Positions 24,309 to 37,310 of a stretch of DNA of 64,000 bases are shown one piece after another. Position 1 is the stretch's first letter. Each line of letters starts with the position of its first letter. The stretch comes from Camelus ferus (lineage: Eukaryota). The DNA lies in NCBI RefSeq assembly GCF_009834535.1, contig NC_045697.1, positions 84,508,001 to 84,572,000 of the forward strand, given 5' to 3'. The position numbers and the translations under genes were made by a program. Below the pieces are notes generated by a model, which was not told the origin of the DNA, did not search any database, and saw nothing but the letters and a program-made list of their open reading frames with translations.

Positions 24309-24389
24309 TAGGCTGCCAGGGAGAGGTGCCAGGTCATTTCTACATGCTCATTTCTCCTACTAATGAGGTTATATTGAGGTTGAATGTAG

Positions 24390-24960
24390 AGGGATGTTAG
24401 ATTCTCCATTTGAGTTGTATAAGGTATATGTTTTCATTGTTGGTTATAATAATCAGTTTCTTTCCCCCCCCCCCTTTTTTTTTTTTTTTGCTACTAGGTC
24501 TTTATCTGATTCGAAAAGAGATATATTAAAATTTTCTACTATGAATGTATTTTTAATCAAGTTCTCCTTCCATCATAATGGTTTTTGCTTTATGTAGTTA
24601 GCACCTTTGTTGATTGGTGCATTGTACCTTTTGTCATGGTATGACTTCCCTTCTTTCCTAGTTTAGTTTTTCCTCTGCTTATCAAGTTTAAGAGGATACC
24701 TTAAGTTCTGTATTGATATTAATATTGCTGTTCCTTTTTTCTTTTTGCTTGCATTTGCCTGGTATTTTCTTGCCTATCTATTTTCAATTTTTAAATTATT
24801 TTATTTTAAATAATTTTTACTTACACTTTCTTCTTTTTTAATTCAATATGACTAACTCTTTTAATAGAAATGTGTGGTCCATTGACATTGAACATACTAA
24901 TTTTTTCTTATTTTTTCTCTTATTTTACATTATTATTTGCAGTTTATTCTTATATCCCTG
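24390..24960 (-). mobile_element. Ancient L1 ORF2 relic
   Basis: gagagatatattaaaattttctactatg...ttttgctttatgta...ctgtattgatattaatattgct...tttgcctggtatt are typical antisense L1M motifs. Confidence 0.55.
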
Positions 24961-25225
24961 GTTTGTTCAAGTTACTATTCATTCTATTCCCCTTCACTCT
25001 GACTTTAAGCACCCGTCTTCTGATGCTCAACGTCAGATACATGTTTCTCTGCTACTGTTTAAAAACAAGATACCTAGGTTTGGGGATTTTTTCCCCAAAC
25101 TTAAACACAGAGGAACTATATTGACTCACAGAACACAGAATTCCAAAAGGTACAGCAAAATAAAGAAATTAATACTTAACTAGACTCTCATTTTCTTTCT
25201 TTCTCTCTCCTCTCTGCTTTCTCTC

Positions 25226-25322
25226 TTTTTTTCAGCTTTATTTATGTATAATTGACAAAGTTGTAATATATTTCAAGTGTACGATGTGTTGATTTGATAT
25301 ATGTACGCATTGTGAAAGGAGA
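25226..25322 (-). mobile_element. Short L1 3'-terminal stub
   Basis: ttttttcagctttatttatgtataattgacaa...tgatttgatatatgtacgcattgtgaaagga. Confidence 0.7.
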
Positions 25323-26554
25323 TACCAACCTTTTTCCTACCAAAGCATTCTGCTCCTCCTCCTTATCTTTCCTCTCACTCCAATAAGATGAGCCTGTTAG
25401 CTTGCTTTCACATGCTTATCTTCTCCTCTGTAGCCCATCACATGAGAAGTTTGGAACATTTTTATTCCCCAGTCTCTTCGCCCCAATCCCACCTTGCCAC
25501 TGTCCCTAACTTCTAGGTTAAAAGTTAAATACTTTTATTCTAAACTCATTAGACTTTCATCTCAAGAATTCTTATTTAGTACTTTTAAAGACAAATTCAC
25601 AGTCTCCCATTATCTATTTAGATTTAAATATATATTTAGATCATACGTGTGTCTGCTGTATTAAAAACTCTTCAATTTTTTTTTGTTCAACTTGTCATAA
25701 GTCTCCCCAGAATCTCTATTTAACTGAGTACCTATATTCTTTGATCTTTCTCTTTCACGTTGTCATCGTAACAGGTTATATTTTTTTTTGGTGTGGAGCT
25801 CGGTGCAGATCTTGGAGTGTCAGTGGTTTCGTTAGTAATAAGCAAAGAATTCTGTGTCTAACTCCCTGGAGAATTGTGCATCAGGTAGATAGCCAGGCTC
25901 CATGTAAACAGCAGAGAGAATCTTCCTGCTCCTCTTTTCTTTTCACACTTCCCTGCCCTCAGAAATAGGGAAGCTTCCGCCTACTCCTTGGATTTTGTAA
26001 ATGTCAGTCATACTAAGAAACCCAACAAGAGACTAAATCAACCCTAGATGCTTGGGGTGCACAGAACTTTGAAGCTTTCCCCAGTATTCACCAAGCGTGA
26101 ACTTCATCTTGAGGGTCTCAGAGTTTGGTTTGGGGCAAGACTCATGCTTGCCCCATATTGGAAATGGTCCCACATTATTTCCTCTGCCAGGGCTTTTTCA
26201 GAACTCAGTATCTTACACTCAATGGCTCACCACCGCCAACTGCTCCTTGGCTCAAAATAGGCAAATAGATTCAACATAGGAATAGATGGAAATAAGACAT
26301 TCAGATTTGATCACTGTCTTCCCCAAATCCTCTCAGAACAGGATTCCAGTCTTTAAAAAAATGAATTAATTTTGTAAACCATTAGAATGTCTTTAAAATG
26401 GAGAAGTAAACAGAAATGAAGAAGAGCAGGATTTGGTCATGTCTAATATATAGATTGTGGTAGAAGTTATTTTCATTGACTGTCCAAAAAACTTCCAATA
26501 ACCACTGCCCTTCCCTTGACCCAGCTCATGTAATTTGATCCTTGATAAAATGCT

Positions 26555-26990
26555 CTGTTAGTTAGGAATATTTGTTCTGCAAGTAACAGAAAATCAAATA
26601 TGGCTTATAAAAAAAATGGAATTTATTTGCTATTATAACTGTCTTCAGCCTTACAGACTTTGGGGAGGATAAGTAGAGGTACATTGAAAGTCAGATAACT
26701 AGTAGTTCAGTTATGTCATTAGTGACTGGTTTTCTGCCTAACTTCTGTTCCTCTGTGGCAAAATGGTTTCCTCTCAAGATTGTAAGACGTCTGCCAATAA
26801 TTTCCACTGATACTCATTTTCTCAGTCACATCTCTGTGAGAAAAATGTATCTCTCCATTAGCTTTCTGAGAAGAGCATGTAAACTTCGTTTCAAGAAACC
26901 CCAGCAAGCATCAACCACATTTCATTGTCCCTATTTGGATTCTGTGCTGTAATAGACAGAAATCTAGCCTAGTCAGTGACTTGCGCATAA
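26555..26990 (-). mobile_element. Old MaLR LTR, MLT1J/K/L-like
   Basis: tgttagttaggaat...tgcaagtaacagaaaatc...ggcttataaaaaaaatggaatttattt. Confidence 0.6.
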
Positions 26991-27039
26991 GAGATCAAGG
27001 CCACACACATGTTAACCACACATGTTAACAAAGCACAGA

Positions 27040-27370
27040 AAGGTCCACCAACCCTCACTTGTTGAGGTCACCAAAGATTTTCACTTTGCTAAATCTAGTG
27101 ATCAATTCTCAGTCCTCATTTTGACTTATTAGTATCATTTGACTCAATTGATCATCCATCCACTCCTTGAAACAATTTCTTCCCTTTGCTTCCATGACTC
27201 TGCTCTCCTAGTTTTCCTCCTACTTCACTGGCTGCTCCAGTTTAGTCTCCTTTGCTGGTTCTTCTTCAAGATCCTAATATCTTATAGCCCTGGAGTAATC
27301 TTTAGACCTCTTCTTTTTTCTGTCTACACTCATTGCCTTCATAGTCTCATCCAGTTTTATGGCTTTAAAT
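27040..27370 (+). mobile_element. L2 RT-region relic
   Basis: aggtcaccaaagatttt...gctaaatctagtgatcaattctcagtcctcatt...ctccttgaaac...ctacttcactggctgctcc. Confidence 0.75.
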
Positions 27371-27459
27371 GAGATTGTAAAAACTGTGTATAATCAGCAT
27401 CATCATCATCTAGCAAAACATACCAAATCTGCAACATTTTTATCACTTAAAGCCAGAGA

Positions 27460-27670
27460 AACGTTATCTCATTTACTCCTGGCAGAACTTTATTAAGTAG
27501 ATAGAGTTATTGTCTCCACTTTACAGATGAGAAAACTGTGACTGAAGACAATGTAATTGACTTGGGTAAGGTCACCAGTAACTTGGGCAAGGTCAGAGAG
27601 AAGGTGATAGAGCTAGGCTTTGAACCTGGACAGATGATTCCAGAGCCATTCTTAACCACCGTGTTATTAC
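27460..27670 (-). mobile_element. MIR SINE
   Basis: ctccactttacagatgagaaaactg...cttgggcaaggtca...agagctaggctttgaacctggacag. Confidence 0.8.
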
Positions 27671-28189
27671 CTCTACAGTATCAACAACTTCTTGATATGC
27701 AGCACCTCTGAAAGGCATTAATTTGCTGTTCATGCCAGTATGTGAAGTTTTCACGGTGCCCTGCTTTCATGTGCCTGTTTTTCTGTTGCAGAGGATTTCC
27801 TAAAAAATTTTAGTTTCTGTCTCAGATGACTTCAAAATTTTCACCAGTGCGTTGTCCTGCTACTAGGAAAACTTTAGAGGCCAATATGCCTATGATTCTG
27901 TTTTCTTAAAAAAAAAAAGAAGAAGACTAAACTGACATTAAAAACATTAAAAAGAAGCCTAAAACACTCTTTGAAACTTTTCTTTCCTGCCTAATGCCTC
28001 TTTTATTTCTGACCTTCTCTACCATCTTACTGATAGAATGCCTTTATAGAATAAAACATTTAAATTTGATAAAATAAATAAAATAATAAATAGATAAAAT
28101 GAAATATTTTTGTTTCAGATGGCAAATTAAGGACAACCTTAATTTACTATCTGAATTTCAACTTCATTATTCTGCTGAGCTTACCACTG

Positions 28190-29460
28190 TATTACTTTTT
28201 ACCTCATAATTGCCAAATCCAGTGTACATTTTTTTGGTCTCTATTTTACTCAGTTTTTCTCTGGCATTTGACAGTGTTGATTAGTCCCTCTTTGAAAGTA
28301 TTTCCTCCTGTGAGTTCCGTGACATCATGCTATTCTGTATTTTCTACTATTTCTGTAACATTTTTTTTGGAGCAGCCCTTACTTGAATTATGATTAAGTT
28401 TGATTTTCTCCAGGGTTATTAGTCCTCGTCTCATTATTTTCTTTCCCTGGATATTGTTGTCCAGCTCTGAGCCTTAAATTATCATTAAAAAATGAATAAC
28501 CCTAAATATGTATCTTCTGCTGGAGGTCTAATAAGTCCCTTAGTCAGCATACGTGGAACTGAGCAATGTGGCTCCCCTTTCTCCACTGTGAAACTATTCC
28601 ACTTTTCTTTTCCCTGTCTGCTTTAAGGATATGCCACTACCCCTGTCCAAAGTCCAGGAAGCTCTAAGCTATCTGGTGCTTCCTCTGTTCTCTCACCTTC
28701 AGTACCCAAGTGGCCACTCATGTTGTATCTCAAGTCTGTCATCTCTACAGCATCACCAATGGCCTTATGTTAGTTCAAGCACTATTCATCTCTAGCCTGA
28801 ACTGTAACAGTAGCTTGTTATTTGATCTTCCTAATTTTAGACTTGCCCCTGCAATTGTTTTCCAATATTGTTACCAGAGTGAGCTTTCCAATTTTAGTCA
28901 GACCAAATCATACCCCAGATGCTCGGAAGAGGCAGTTCAAGCTCAACAATGCCTTTTCTAATCTAGTCCCAGCTTGTTTCTCCAGCCTCATTTCCTGCTT
29001 CTTCTTACTTCTTAACTTCTTCCTTTCGTTCTCCTTTTTTTCATCCTCTTTTCTCTCCCCCTTTTTTCTTCTTTTTCTTTCCACACCCTCCTCTTCTTTC
29101 TCTTCCTTCAGTATTAAATGGTTGTTCTCTGAAAATGGCCTAGGCCATCTGAAACATCTTTCCCCACCTTATTCACCTATTGAACTCCTGTTCATCCTAG
29201 TAAGGCCAATTCATGTACTATTCTTTCCAGTTTCTCCAGACGGAGCTCATTACTGCTTTCCTTGTACCACTTTGGTAATGTGGTCATTCTTTATTATGCG
29301 TAAGGCTATCTAGTTACAACTTGTTTGGATTCTGTGATTCTTACCAGATTGTGAGTTTCTTAAAGGTAGTAACTCTGTTTTTATCATCTTTCTCTCCCCT
29401 TTTACAATGTTCAGCATATAATAGAGGGTCAGTATTTGTTGAGCTGGGTTTAACTGAAAC
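28190..29460 (+). mobile_element. L2 relic (RT region to 3' end)
   Basis: ttgccaaatccagtg...catttgacagtgttga; later gttcaagcactattcatctct and gattgtgagtttcttaaaggtag...tatttgttga. Confidence 0.65.
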
Positions 29461-30274
29461 CATAAGTTAGACCATTTTCCTTGGGATATAATAATATTTC
29501 TAAAAATGATATCATACATTTTAATATCAGCTTACTGTGCAGTGTGCATTTCTGTGCAGCTGTCTATTAAACCTAAGTAATTTTCACCAGAAGTTAAGCA
29601 TATAAGGAATCACATTTACTATTCCATGTCATTAAGATGGAATTACTAAATGGTAAGTTAGTATTATTAACAAAATATGTATGTTATTTTGTGCTAAAAA
29701 TCCTTAACATTTTCCATACGGAAAAATCATTTCTACTTTCTCATGAAAATGACAGCAAAGGCAGTGCCATCTGGGATAACATTAATAGCTGAATCTAAAT
29801 AAATGTGGTTACATCATTCTCATAGAATCTTAAGTTTCATATTCTTGAGTCATCTATTTTTACAGTTTCAAGTTTATAGCATATATAGAGATAGATTATT
29901 TAATAATGACAAAAGAATTAATTCTGCTTGTTATCAGAAAGAGCTCAGCTATGTTTAGCTTTTAAAAACAAATTTAAGAACTGTGGAAAAATGAACCCTG
30001 CAAATTTGTCTAAGCTGTTTTTATAGTCAGGGCATACCAAAAATTAATTGCTTTTCTCCCAATAGTTCTGTTCTTTTCTGTCATCTCCCTCAAACTTTAA
30101 AACTTGAAAGAATAAGAATATGCTCATGGAAATTTAGCTTTCCATTAGTGAATAAGACTTTTATCACATGTCAACTTCCCTCCCTTTGAATACTTGGTTT
30201 ATGATGGGAAAGACTTATAAAATTAACTCTATGTAACTACTTCTGTCTTACTTCTAAGTCATAAGCAGGTGACA

Positions 30275-30768
30275 TTTTTTTTTCACTGAAGTGAAAATTA
30301 TGTAACAAAATTAACCTTGTTAAAATGAACAATTTAGTGGCATTTAGTACATTCACAATGTTGTGCAACCATGACCTCTCTCTAGTTCTAAAACAATTTT
30401 ATCATGCATACTTTTTGTTTCCCTTCCTGCCCCATATTCTGGTGACTGCCAGTCTGCTTTCTGTTTTTATGGGTTTACCTATTTTAGATATTTCATTTAA
30501 ATGGAGTAATACAATATGCGATATTCTGTATCTGGCTTCTTCCACTTAGAATAATATTTTGAGGTCCATCCAAGTTGTACCATGTATCAGTACTTCATTC
30601 CTTGTCATAGCTGAATAACATCCCATTGTATGTACATACCACAATTTGTTTATCCATACATTCACATTTGGGTTTTGTCCACCTTTTGGCTATTGTGAAT
30701 ATGCTGCTATGAACATTCATGTACAAGTAATTGTTTGATTATCTGTTTTCAATGGGTTGGTGTATTTT
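30275..30768 (-). mobile_element. L1MB-like 3' end
   Basis: T-tail, then agtggcatttagtacattcacaatgttgtgcaacc...ccacaatttgtttatccat...gctgctatgaacattcatgtacaagt. Confidence 0.85.
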
Positions 30769-31079
30769 TGACAAAGATATAAGAGCAAGTCTTTTGAATT
30801 TTGGAAAGCTGTTTGCAAGTTTAACTGAATATAGACAATTTTTTCATTTTGGGATGTAACTAAAAACTAAATTTCAGAGCTTTGAGCCCTTTTTTTTGTT
30901 TTATGAAACTGACCACTTCCGTTCCTGGAACAAAGCACCAGGACTAACAGTCGTGGGGAGTTCAATTCAGTTGTTCATATTTGTTGAAATTTGTTGAACT
31001 TCTAGAACAGAAAGGCAATTTCTATTATATGTCAGATACTGTATTTGATTGGGAGTGCAGAAATAAATTTCACTTTAAG

Positions 31080-32900
31080 AAGCTTATATATAATGGGACA
31101 GATACTCAAGTAACATACTATAAGAATTTGTTGGGATACTGCTGTGCTGCAGAGTTTGTCCAGAATGCTGTGAAGCAGAAAGGAGGGGCACCTAACCCAG
31201 TCTGGGCAGGCCCAGTCAGACCTCCCAGAAGTGAATTGGGAACTCTCCCAAATATTCAGAAAGTGAAATAAAAATTCCCTGAACCAATCCTTCTTCCATC
31301 CCACTCCCCAGAGGTAGATAATGTACCCTTCTTGGATATGTGTGTATAAGAAGTATATGTTTGGATTAAATATACACAGAGACAAATGTATCTTGAGACA
31401 GAATCGAAGTATACATGCTGTTTGTGAAATGCCTTTTGCACTTGACTGTTGTGATGTCTTTCCTTAGACATACAATGAGCTGAGGCTGAAGATGTATGGG
31501 TTAAGCTGGTGAAGAAGAGTGTGAAGGTGATAGCAGCATGGGTAAAGTCATGGAGATGAGAGAGAGCATGACATGTGTTAAACCTCTATTCAATTCAGTC
31601 TTTCTGTGTAGGGAGCCTGAAACTAGCATCAAAACTTTACAAAATTGAAATAGAAAAGATTAATGTGTCTGAACAATCTATAACTAGATTTGAATTATTT
31701 TAGAATTATCACACTTAACTTTGCTGCAACAATGCACGTAGTATTGCACATAACATTGATTGTTTGGTGACTATAGCTGAAGCACTATGATAAGGTGCTG
31801 GGGATAAACAGACAAAATTTTTTCTTTGTATAAGACAAAGTCCATGTGGGATTGTAGTCTAATGGAAGATCTGTAGATACGGATATATAGATAAAGATAC
31901 TGTACAGATACTATATGGAAGTATACATCAGGACCCTTAGCCTCCAGAATGAGTTCAGGGAAGGCTTCTTGGCATAGATGAATATGAATTATCTAAGATA
32001 AAAAGTGTGGGCTGAACATTTCAGGCAAAGGATCAAGCCAGGAAAGGACTGTATGCAGTTTCATCTTTTTGGAGCAAAATATGGCACATGTGTTGGAAGA
32101 GACAGAGGAGAGGGAATAGAAGTCCTGGTGTGTGATGTTAAAGGGCTTATACTTGATCATTTGCTGGATAAAAAGCCACTGAATAATATTTAGGGGAGAT
32201 GGACACAGTCAGGGATTGTGAATTTGAGGAGGGCAGATTACAGTTGGGAGACCAGTTAACAAGCCATTACAAGTAGTCCAGTTGAGAGATTGTGGGGCCT
32301 GAAGAAGAGCAGTAGATGTGAAAGGAATGGGGAGGAGGAGGAGATTGAATTAAATTAAAATGTTTTAGAAGCAGTATGAGAAGGACTTAATGCTAAGAGG
32401 AAACAGTGCTGAGAGAATAGGAGAAACAGTGGATGTATGCTTGATCTTTCCTTTTGGTGAGTGGAGACGCCTGTGTTACCAGCTAACAGAGTCAAGAGGA
32501 GTTAAGAAAATTCTGGGGGACAAAATGGTGAATGCATTTTGTCTATTAGGAGCATCCAGATCTACATCCTAGTGGATGTATGGTTCAGAGGTTTGAGGGC
32601 AAGTTAAAGCTGGAAAAATAGACTTAGAAATGAGCCAAAGGGATTGTTGATACCTCACTTAGAATACACACGATAAGAAGAGTGATGAGCTGAGGATGGA
32701 AGAATGGGGTGATAGAATAGTTAGCTTATGAAAAAGAAAATATAATTATCTAAGAATTATATAATGACCAGGATTTTCAAAATAGAAACAGGAGTGAGCG
32801 TGATGGGAGTCAAGAAGGCGGACAGTCACGTGGCACAGAGAAGTCCACTTAAAGACGGAAGACTGAAAATGTTCTTTGGAAACTCCAGAGTTGCTAAGAA
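31080..32900 (-). mobile_element. Cluster of L2 relics (with an old L1 3' stub at ~31250-31470)
   Basis: Recurring antisense L2 motifs: cagggaaggcttctt, gggagaccagttaacaagccattacaagtagtcca, gctggaaaaatagacttaga. Confidence 0.55.
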
Positions 32901-33700
32901 TTCTTTGGTGCAGTCCAAATAGGCTAAGGCCACTGATAATGATGTAATAAAACATTAAATAAGGATGACTAATATTTATGAGGATTTGCCTTATATCAGG
33001 CATGATTCTAAACACTTTTGTGATTTATCTCTATTTGGACTTGAGTTCATTTTAGACCTAGTTCTCCTATGTCATGTGGAACTCTCTATGGTCCTAAGTC
33101 CTCTATGTTTCCGAGCTACATTCTTACCTTCTAACACATTTTTGTCCTTTTTGGCTAGTCTGAAGCACACAGTGGTCAGTGCTGTTCTACTTCTTAAACT
33201 GCCTTCTTTCTCTTTTTGGGTGCAGGTTTAGAGGATATTTCTGATTCACTGAATAATAAACACACAATTTGGAAATACAGTGATGTACCACAGTGGTCTT
33301 CAAACTTAATAAGCTCTTTTTTAACTGTCAGAATTTTTACATTGTTTCTTTTATCCTAAAATACATAGTTCTATCCCATTTACCCCACATTATTTCATCC
33401 TAATGTAATACATGTTTTTGTTTGAGAATTTTTTATTGATCAGCCTATTATGCTTTACTTTAAAAAATATGCCTATTAAATTGAAATTGAATTTAAAAAT
33501 TTCCCATGGCCACAAGTCTTGAAACATTAATGTTTCCATTCTGGATTATGTTGCATTATAATCATTATTATTACACAATTGATTAGTGGAACATAATTAT
33601 ATTACAAATTTTGATAAATTATTTTTGAACATAGAAACATTTTATTGAGAATGTATATCTTAATAAATATTTAGGTCAGAAGTACTTTTTCAGTATAGAT

Positions 33701-34636
33701 CAGAATTTGTCAAACTTGTTGAACTGAGGACATTTTTATACACTTAAAAATTATTGCGGCCTTATAGATGGGGACTGTGGAGGGCAATAGGAGGACCATC
33801 CAGTTACCTTCCATCTTTGAATCTCTTCCACAGCCCCTTCACCAGCCCCAGGGAACCAAGGTGGACCCTCCACTATGCTCAGTACTGCGCATTTTCCCAG
33901 TGACTCCTTCCCCAAATGTGTGGCCCTCTGATTCTACCTCCCCACTTTCCCTGTTTTTTAAGGCTACGTGAAATTTAAAAAATGAAGCAGCCCTAGCTAA
34001 GATTAGGGGGCCAGAAGGAACTTCTGATTTCCCAGAGGGCAGAGTAGGAATGAGGCTGGAGGTCATGTAATCTCCCTAACTCCACCTCACCCTGGGAATT
34101 CCTAAGAGTTTCCAGAACCCAAGTCAGAGGGATCCCTTCCACCCTTATCACCCCTGCACGAAAAATAAGGGAGGACAGGGAAATAAATGTGTTGCTTCAT
34201 TGAAAAAAAAAATGAGGATCCCAAAGAGCTTTTGTTTATATCGGTTTTATTTATCAACATTTATTGCATTAGAAATTGAAATTGAGAAATTAAAACTATT
34301 TATTTATTCATTTATAAATAAAAGTAATAGACCCATTACATACAACCATAAATGATGTATTTTTAATGAAGAGTATCTATATTTTCAAAAAAACAGTGAA
34401 TATTGGCATTGATTTATTTTTGCAGATCTCTTTAATGCCTGCCTTAAAAAAAAAAGCAACTGGATTCTCATATCTACTTATACATTTAGTCTTTTATAAT
34501 ATGTTATTTTGATTGAAATATATGAAGAAAATCTGGCTGCACACAAATGTGTAGCTGGAAAGAGGAGATTCGATGGATACCTAAAAGAGTCTCAGGGACC
34601 CCCAGGTGTTTTTGGACCACATTTTGAGAATGATTG
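33701..34636. mobile_element. Charlie1-derived non-autonomous element, interrupted at 33757-34214
   Basis: cacttaaaaattattg|aggatcccaaagagcttttgtttat...gtctcagggacccc...ggaccacattttgagaatgattg; flanks gtatagat (33693-33700) and atgtagat (34637-34644) look like an aged 8-bp TSD. Confidence 0.85.
33757..34212 (+). pseudogene. 5'-truncated processed retrocopy of an unidentified transcript 3' end (3'UTR-like)
   Basis: GC-richer non-TE-like insert; AATAAA at 34182-34187, 15 nt before A10 (34203-34212); inserted at a TT|AAAAA site and splitting a Charlie1 element. Confidence 0.75.
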
Positions 34637-35459
34637 ATGTAGATGTAAGTGATAAAGAACACCTTGTTCACATAAAAAGTAGGTGAGAATGGAAAGAATA
34701 ATTATAACAATTATGTCCCTAAAATTTTTTTATATATGTTCCTCTTACCAAGTATTATTTTAAATTGTCTGTTAGCTAACAACCAAAGTCCTCCTTCAAT
34801 CTTGTTGAGAATAAATGATTTAAAATCATCTAAGTTACAAATGAAATTTATTACCTATTCTTATACTTCATTTTCTCAATATTTGGGAAATACATCAAAA
34901 GTATCTTTTGAAGAGTTCACAAGTAAGAGTTATGATATGGCTACTACTCTTTCTCTTAGACACACCCTATTTTGATTTTTAACTCAGAAAGGGTTGGAAA
35001 AATTGAAATGTTGTCAATTTTTTTTAAATATTATTTTCAGTATAACTTTTTACAGTATAATGTTTTAATTTAAAATGTTTGTATGCATTTACAATACTGT
35101 GTATCTATGTGTATGTTCCTCCCTTGTAATAGTTGGAGTTCCAGTTCATTCAGTTCGTGGAAAATGTCAAGTCAATTCTATCAATCAGATTTACTCATTT
35201 AAAAAATAGTAATTCAAATAAATGTGTTAATATGCATTCTCATGATAAATATCTCATTTGGGAATTCTGATTCTTAATTAGGGAAATGAATAGTTGAGAG
35301 AGAGAGATAGGTCTTTGCAGGGGGCAGGACACATGAAAGGATGAGTTTATAACCTAGAAACAAGTTTGCCTTCTTTAGTATTTCTCATCAAAGATCCTTT
35401 TGCTTCATTTTCACAAGACTTTCTTTTAAGAGTATGAATTCTTATAAAATAGTTAACAG

Positions 35460-36267
35460 ATGGGTACAGCCTTTATGGAAAACAGTGTGGAGGTTCCTCC
35501 AAAAACTAAAAACAGGACTACCATTTGATCCAGCAATGCTACTTCTGGGCATATATCCAAAGGAAATGAAACCAGTACCTCTAAGAGATACCTGCACTCT
35601 CAAGTTCATTGCAGCATTACTCACAATAGCCAAGGTAAGGAAACAACCTAAGTGGCCACCAGCAGATGCGTGGATAAAGAAAAAGTATACATACATACAT
35701 GCATAGCTACATATATGTATATGAATATATATATAATATATGTGAATATTTTTCACCCACAAAATAAAGGAAAGCCTACTAACAATATGGATTAACCTGG
35801 GGGACATTATGCTGACTGAAATAAACTAGATATAGAAAGACAAATATTGTATGATTTCACTTATATGTGGCATCTCAGAAAGTTAAGCTCATAGAACCTG
35901 AGAATAGAACAGTGGTTGAGGAGGGTAGGGGTGGAGGTGGGAGACAAGGAGATGTTGGTCAATGAGTACGAACTTTCGGTTATAACCGAAATAAGTTCTG
36001 GGGATCTAATGTACAGCACGGTGAGTATAGTTAATAACACTGTATTGTCTACCAGAAACTTGCTAAGAGAGAGGCTCTGGTATTCTTACCACATATACAC
36101 ACACACACACATACACACGATAACTCTGTGAAGTGATGGATGTGTTAATTGGCTTGATTGTGGTAATGGTTTTACGAAGTATATGTATGCCAAATCATCA
36201 TGTTGTATAGCCTAAATATATAAAATATTTGTTAGTCAATTATACCTCAATAAATGTGGGAAAAATA
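35460..36267 (+). mobile_element. L1 3' end, L1MA-like
   Basis: ORF 35434-35706 reads [34 protein letters not shown]...KQPKWP (L1 ORF2); the 3'UTR ends tatacctcaataaatgtgggaaaaa. Confidence 0.93.
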
Positions 36268-36879
36268 ATTGGTGGATGGAATAAAAATGATCATTATGAT
36301 GACTATGTCACTCCGGAATAAATTTGAATTCAGACTTATTGGCCAAATAGCACGAGTTCCCACCAACATTTTACATTAACAGAAATATCTGAAAGGGGGA
36401 AAACTCTAAAACTCCTACTGTGGGTTTAGGGTGACTCAAATCAAGGAGGCTATACAACACTAGTGTTTAATTTTGCTTTGAAGAGTTTGCCTTCCTGATG
36501 ACTTCTGTATCCTGTGGAAATGCTCCATATTAAGATTTGGCATCTGTGAGAGGTAGGCTTTTCTTTAATAAATTGAGAAAGGGTAATTTTGGGAAGGGAG
36601 GTGAGAAAGGAGGACTGACATTCATGCCCTAATCCTCGACAGGTCTTCAGGCAGGTCAGTATTGGTTAAGGAGTCATGTTGAAGTGGAAGGTTCAGTATC
36701 AGGGTCCCCTTTAAACTGTCTTTCCCATGTGCTCCTTAGAAACTTGTTATATACGCCCAGGAATATACATCTGTCTGAGTTTGAAGAATGCTATCACACA
36801 GCACAGATACAGTCCTTGACCCCACTGAATTATAATGTTATGGGAAATGCAGAGAAATATAACAGAGCAACCCAAACCT

Positions 36880-37310
36880 ACAGTTACAACACTGTGTGTT
36901 ATGGGGAAGTGTGAGAACCACAAGATCATCAGTGAAGGGCTCCCAAGCTGGATTGGGGGTTCAAGAAAGTCTCCTGCAAGAAGATGACATTAAAACTTAG
37001 ACTATGTGAGATGGAGAAGTTAGCCAGTTGAAGAGGGTGGAAAAGAGGGGTTCCAAACAGAAGGAAGAGTGTGCACAGCACAAAGGCTAGGGAGAACTGA
37101 GTACATTTGTGGAAAAGAGCTCAATGTGGCTGGAGTGGAGAGGGAGGGGGCAGGAGCAGGTAGACAGAGAGCAGGAAGGCAAGGAGGAGGATGGAAGAGG
37201 AGGCAGAGGCCAGAGCCCGAGAGAGTCTGCAAGTCATCCGTAGAACTTGAAATTTTACCTCGGGTAAATGGGAGCCACTGGCAGCTTGGGCAGGTAAAGA
37301 AAGTCACCAT
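36880..37310 (-). mobile_element. L2 relic
   Basis: gttccaaacagaaggaagagtgtgcacagcacaaaggc...tgtggctggagtggag...aatgggagccactg. Confidence 0.7.

Larger units (their letters stand above)
33291..35000 (-). mobile_element. Charlie-type hAT transposon relic (outer host element)
   Basis: Starts with a hAT-like terminus, cagtggtcttcaaact; the minus strand of 34645-34700 gives a frameshifted FPFSPT..LCEQG, like the Charlie transposase C-terminal motif. Right boundary uncertain. Confidence 0.5.

Noticed and set aside
28822..29313. 163-aa F/S/L-rich ORF that looks membrane-like
   Set aside because: An artefact of a pyrimidine tract within an L2 relic.
33768..34066. ORFs inside the retrocopy
   Set aside because: Short, on opposite strands and unrecognisable; the insert looks like UTR sequence.
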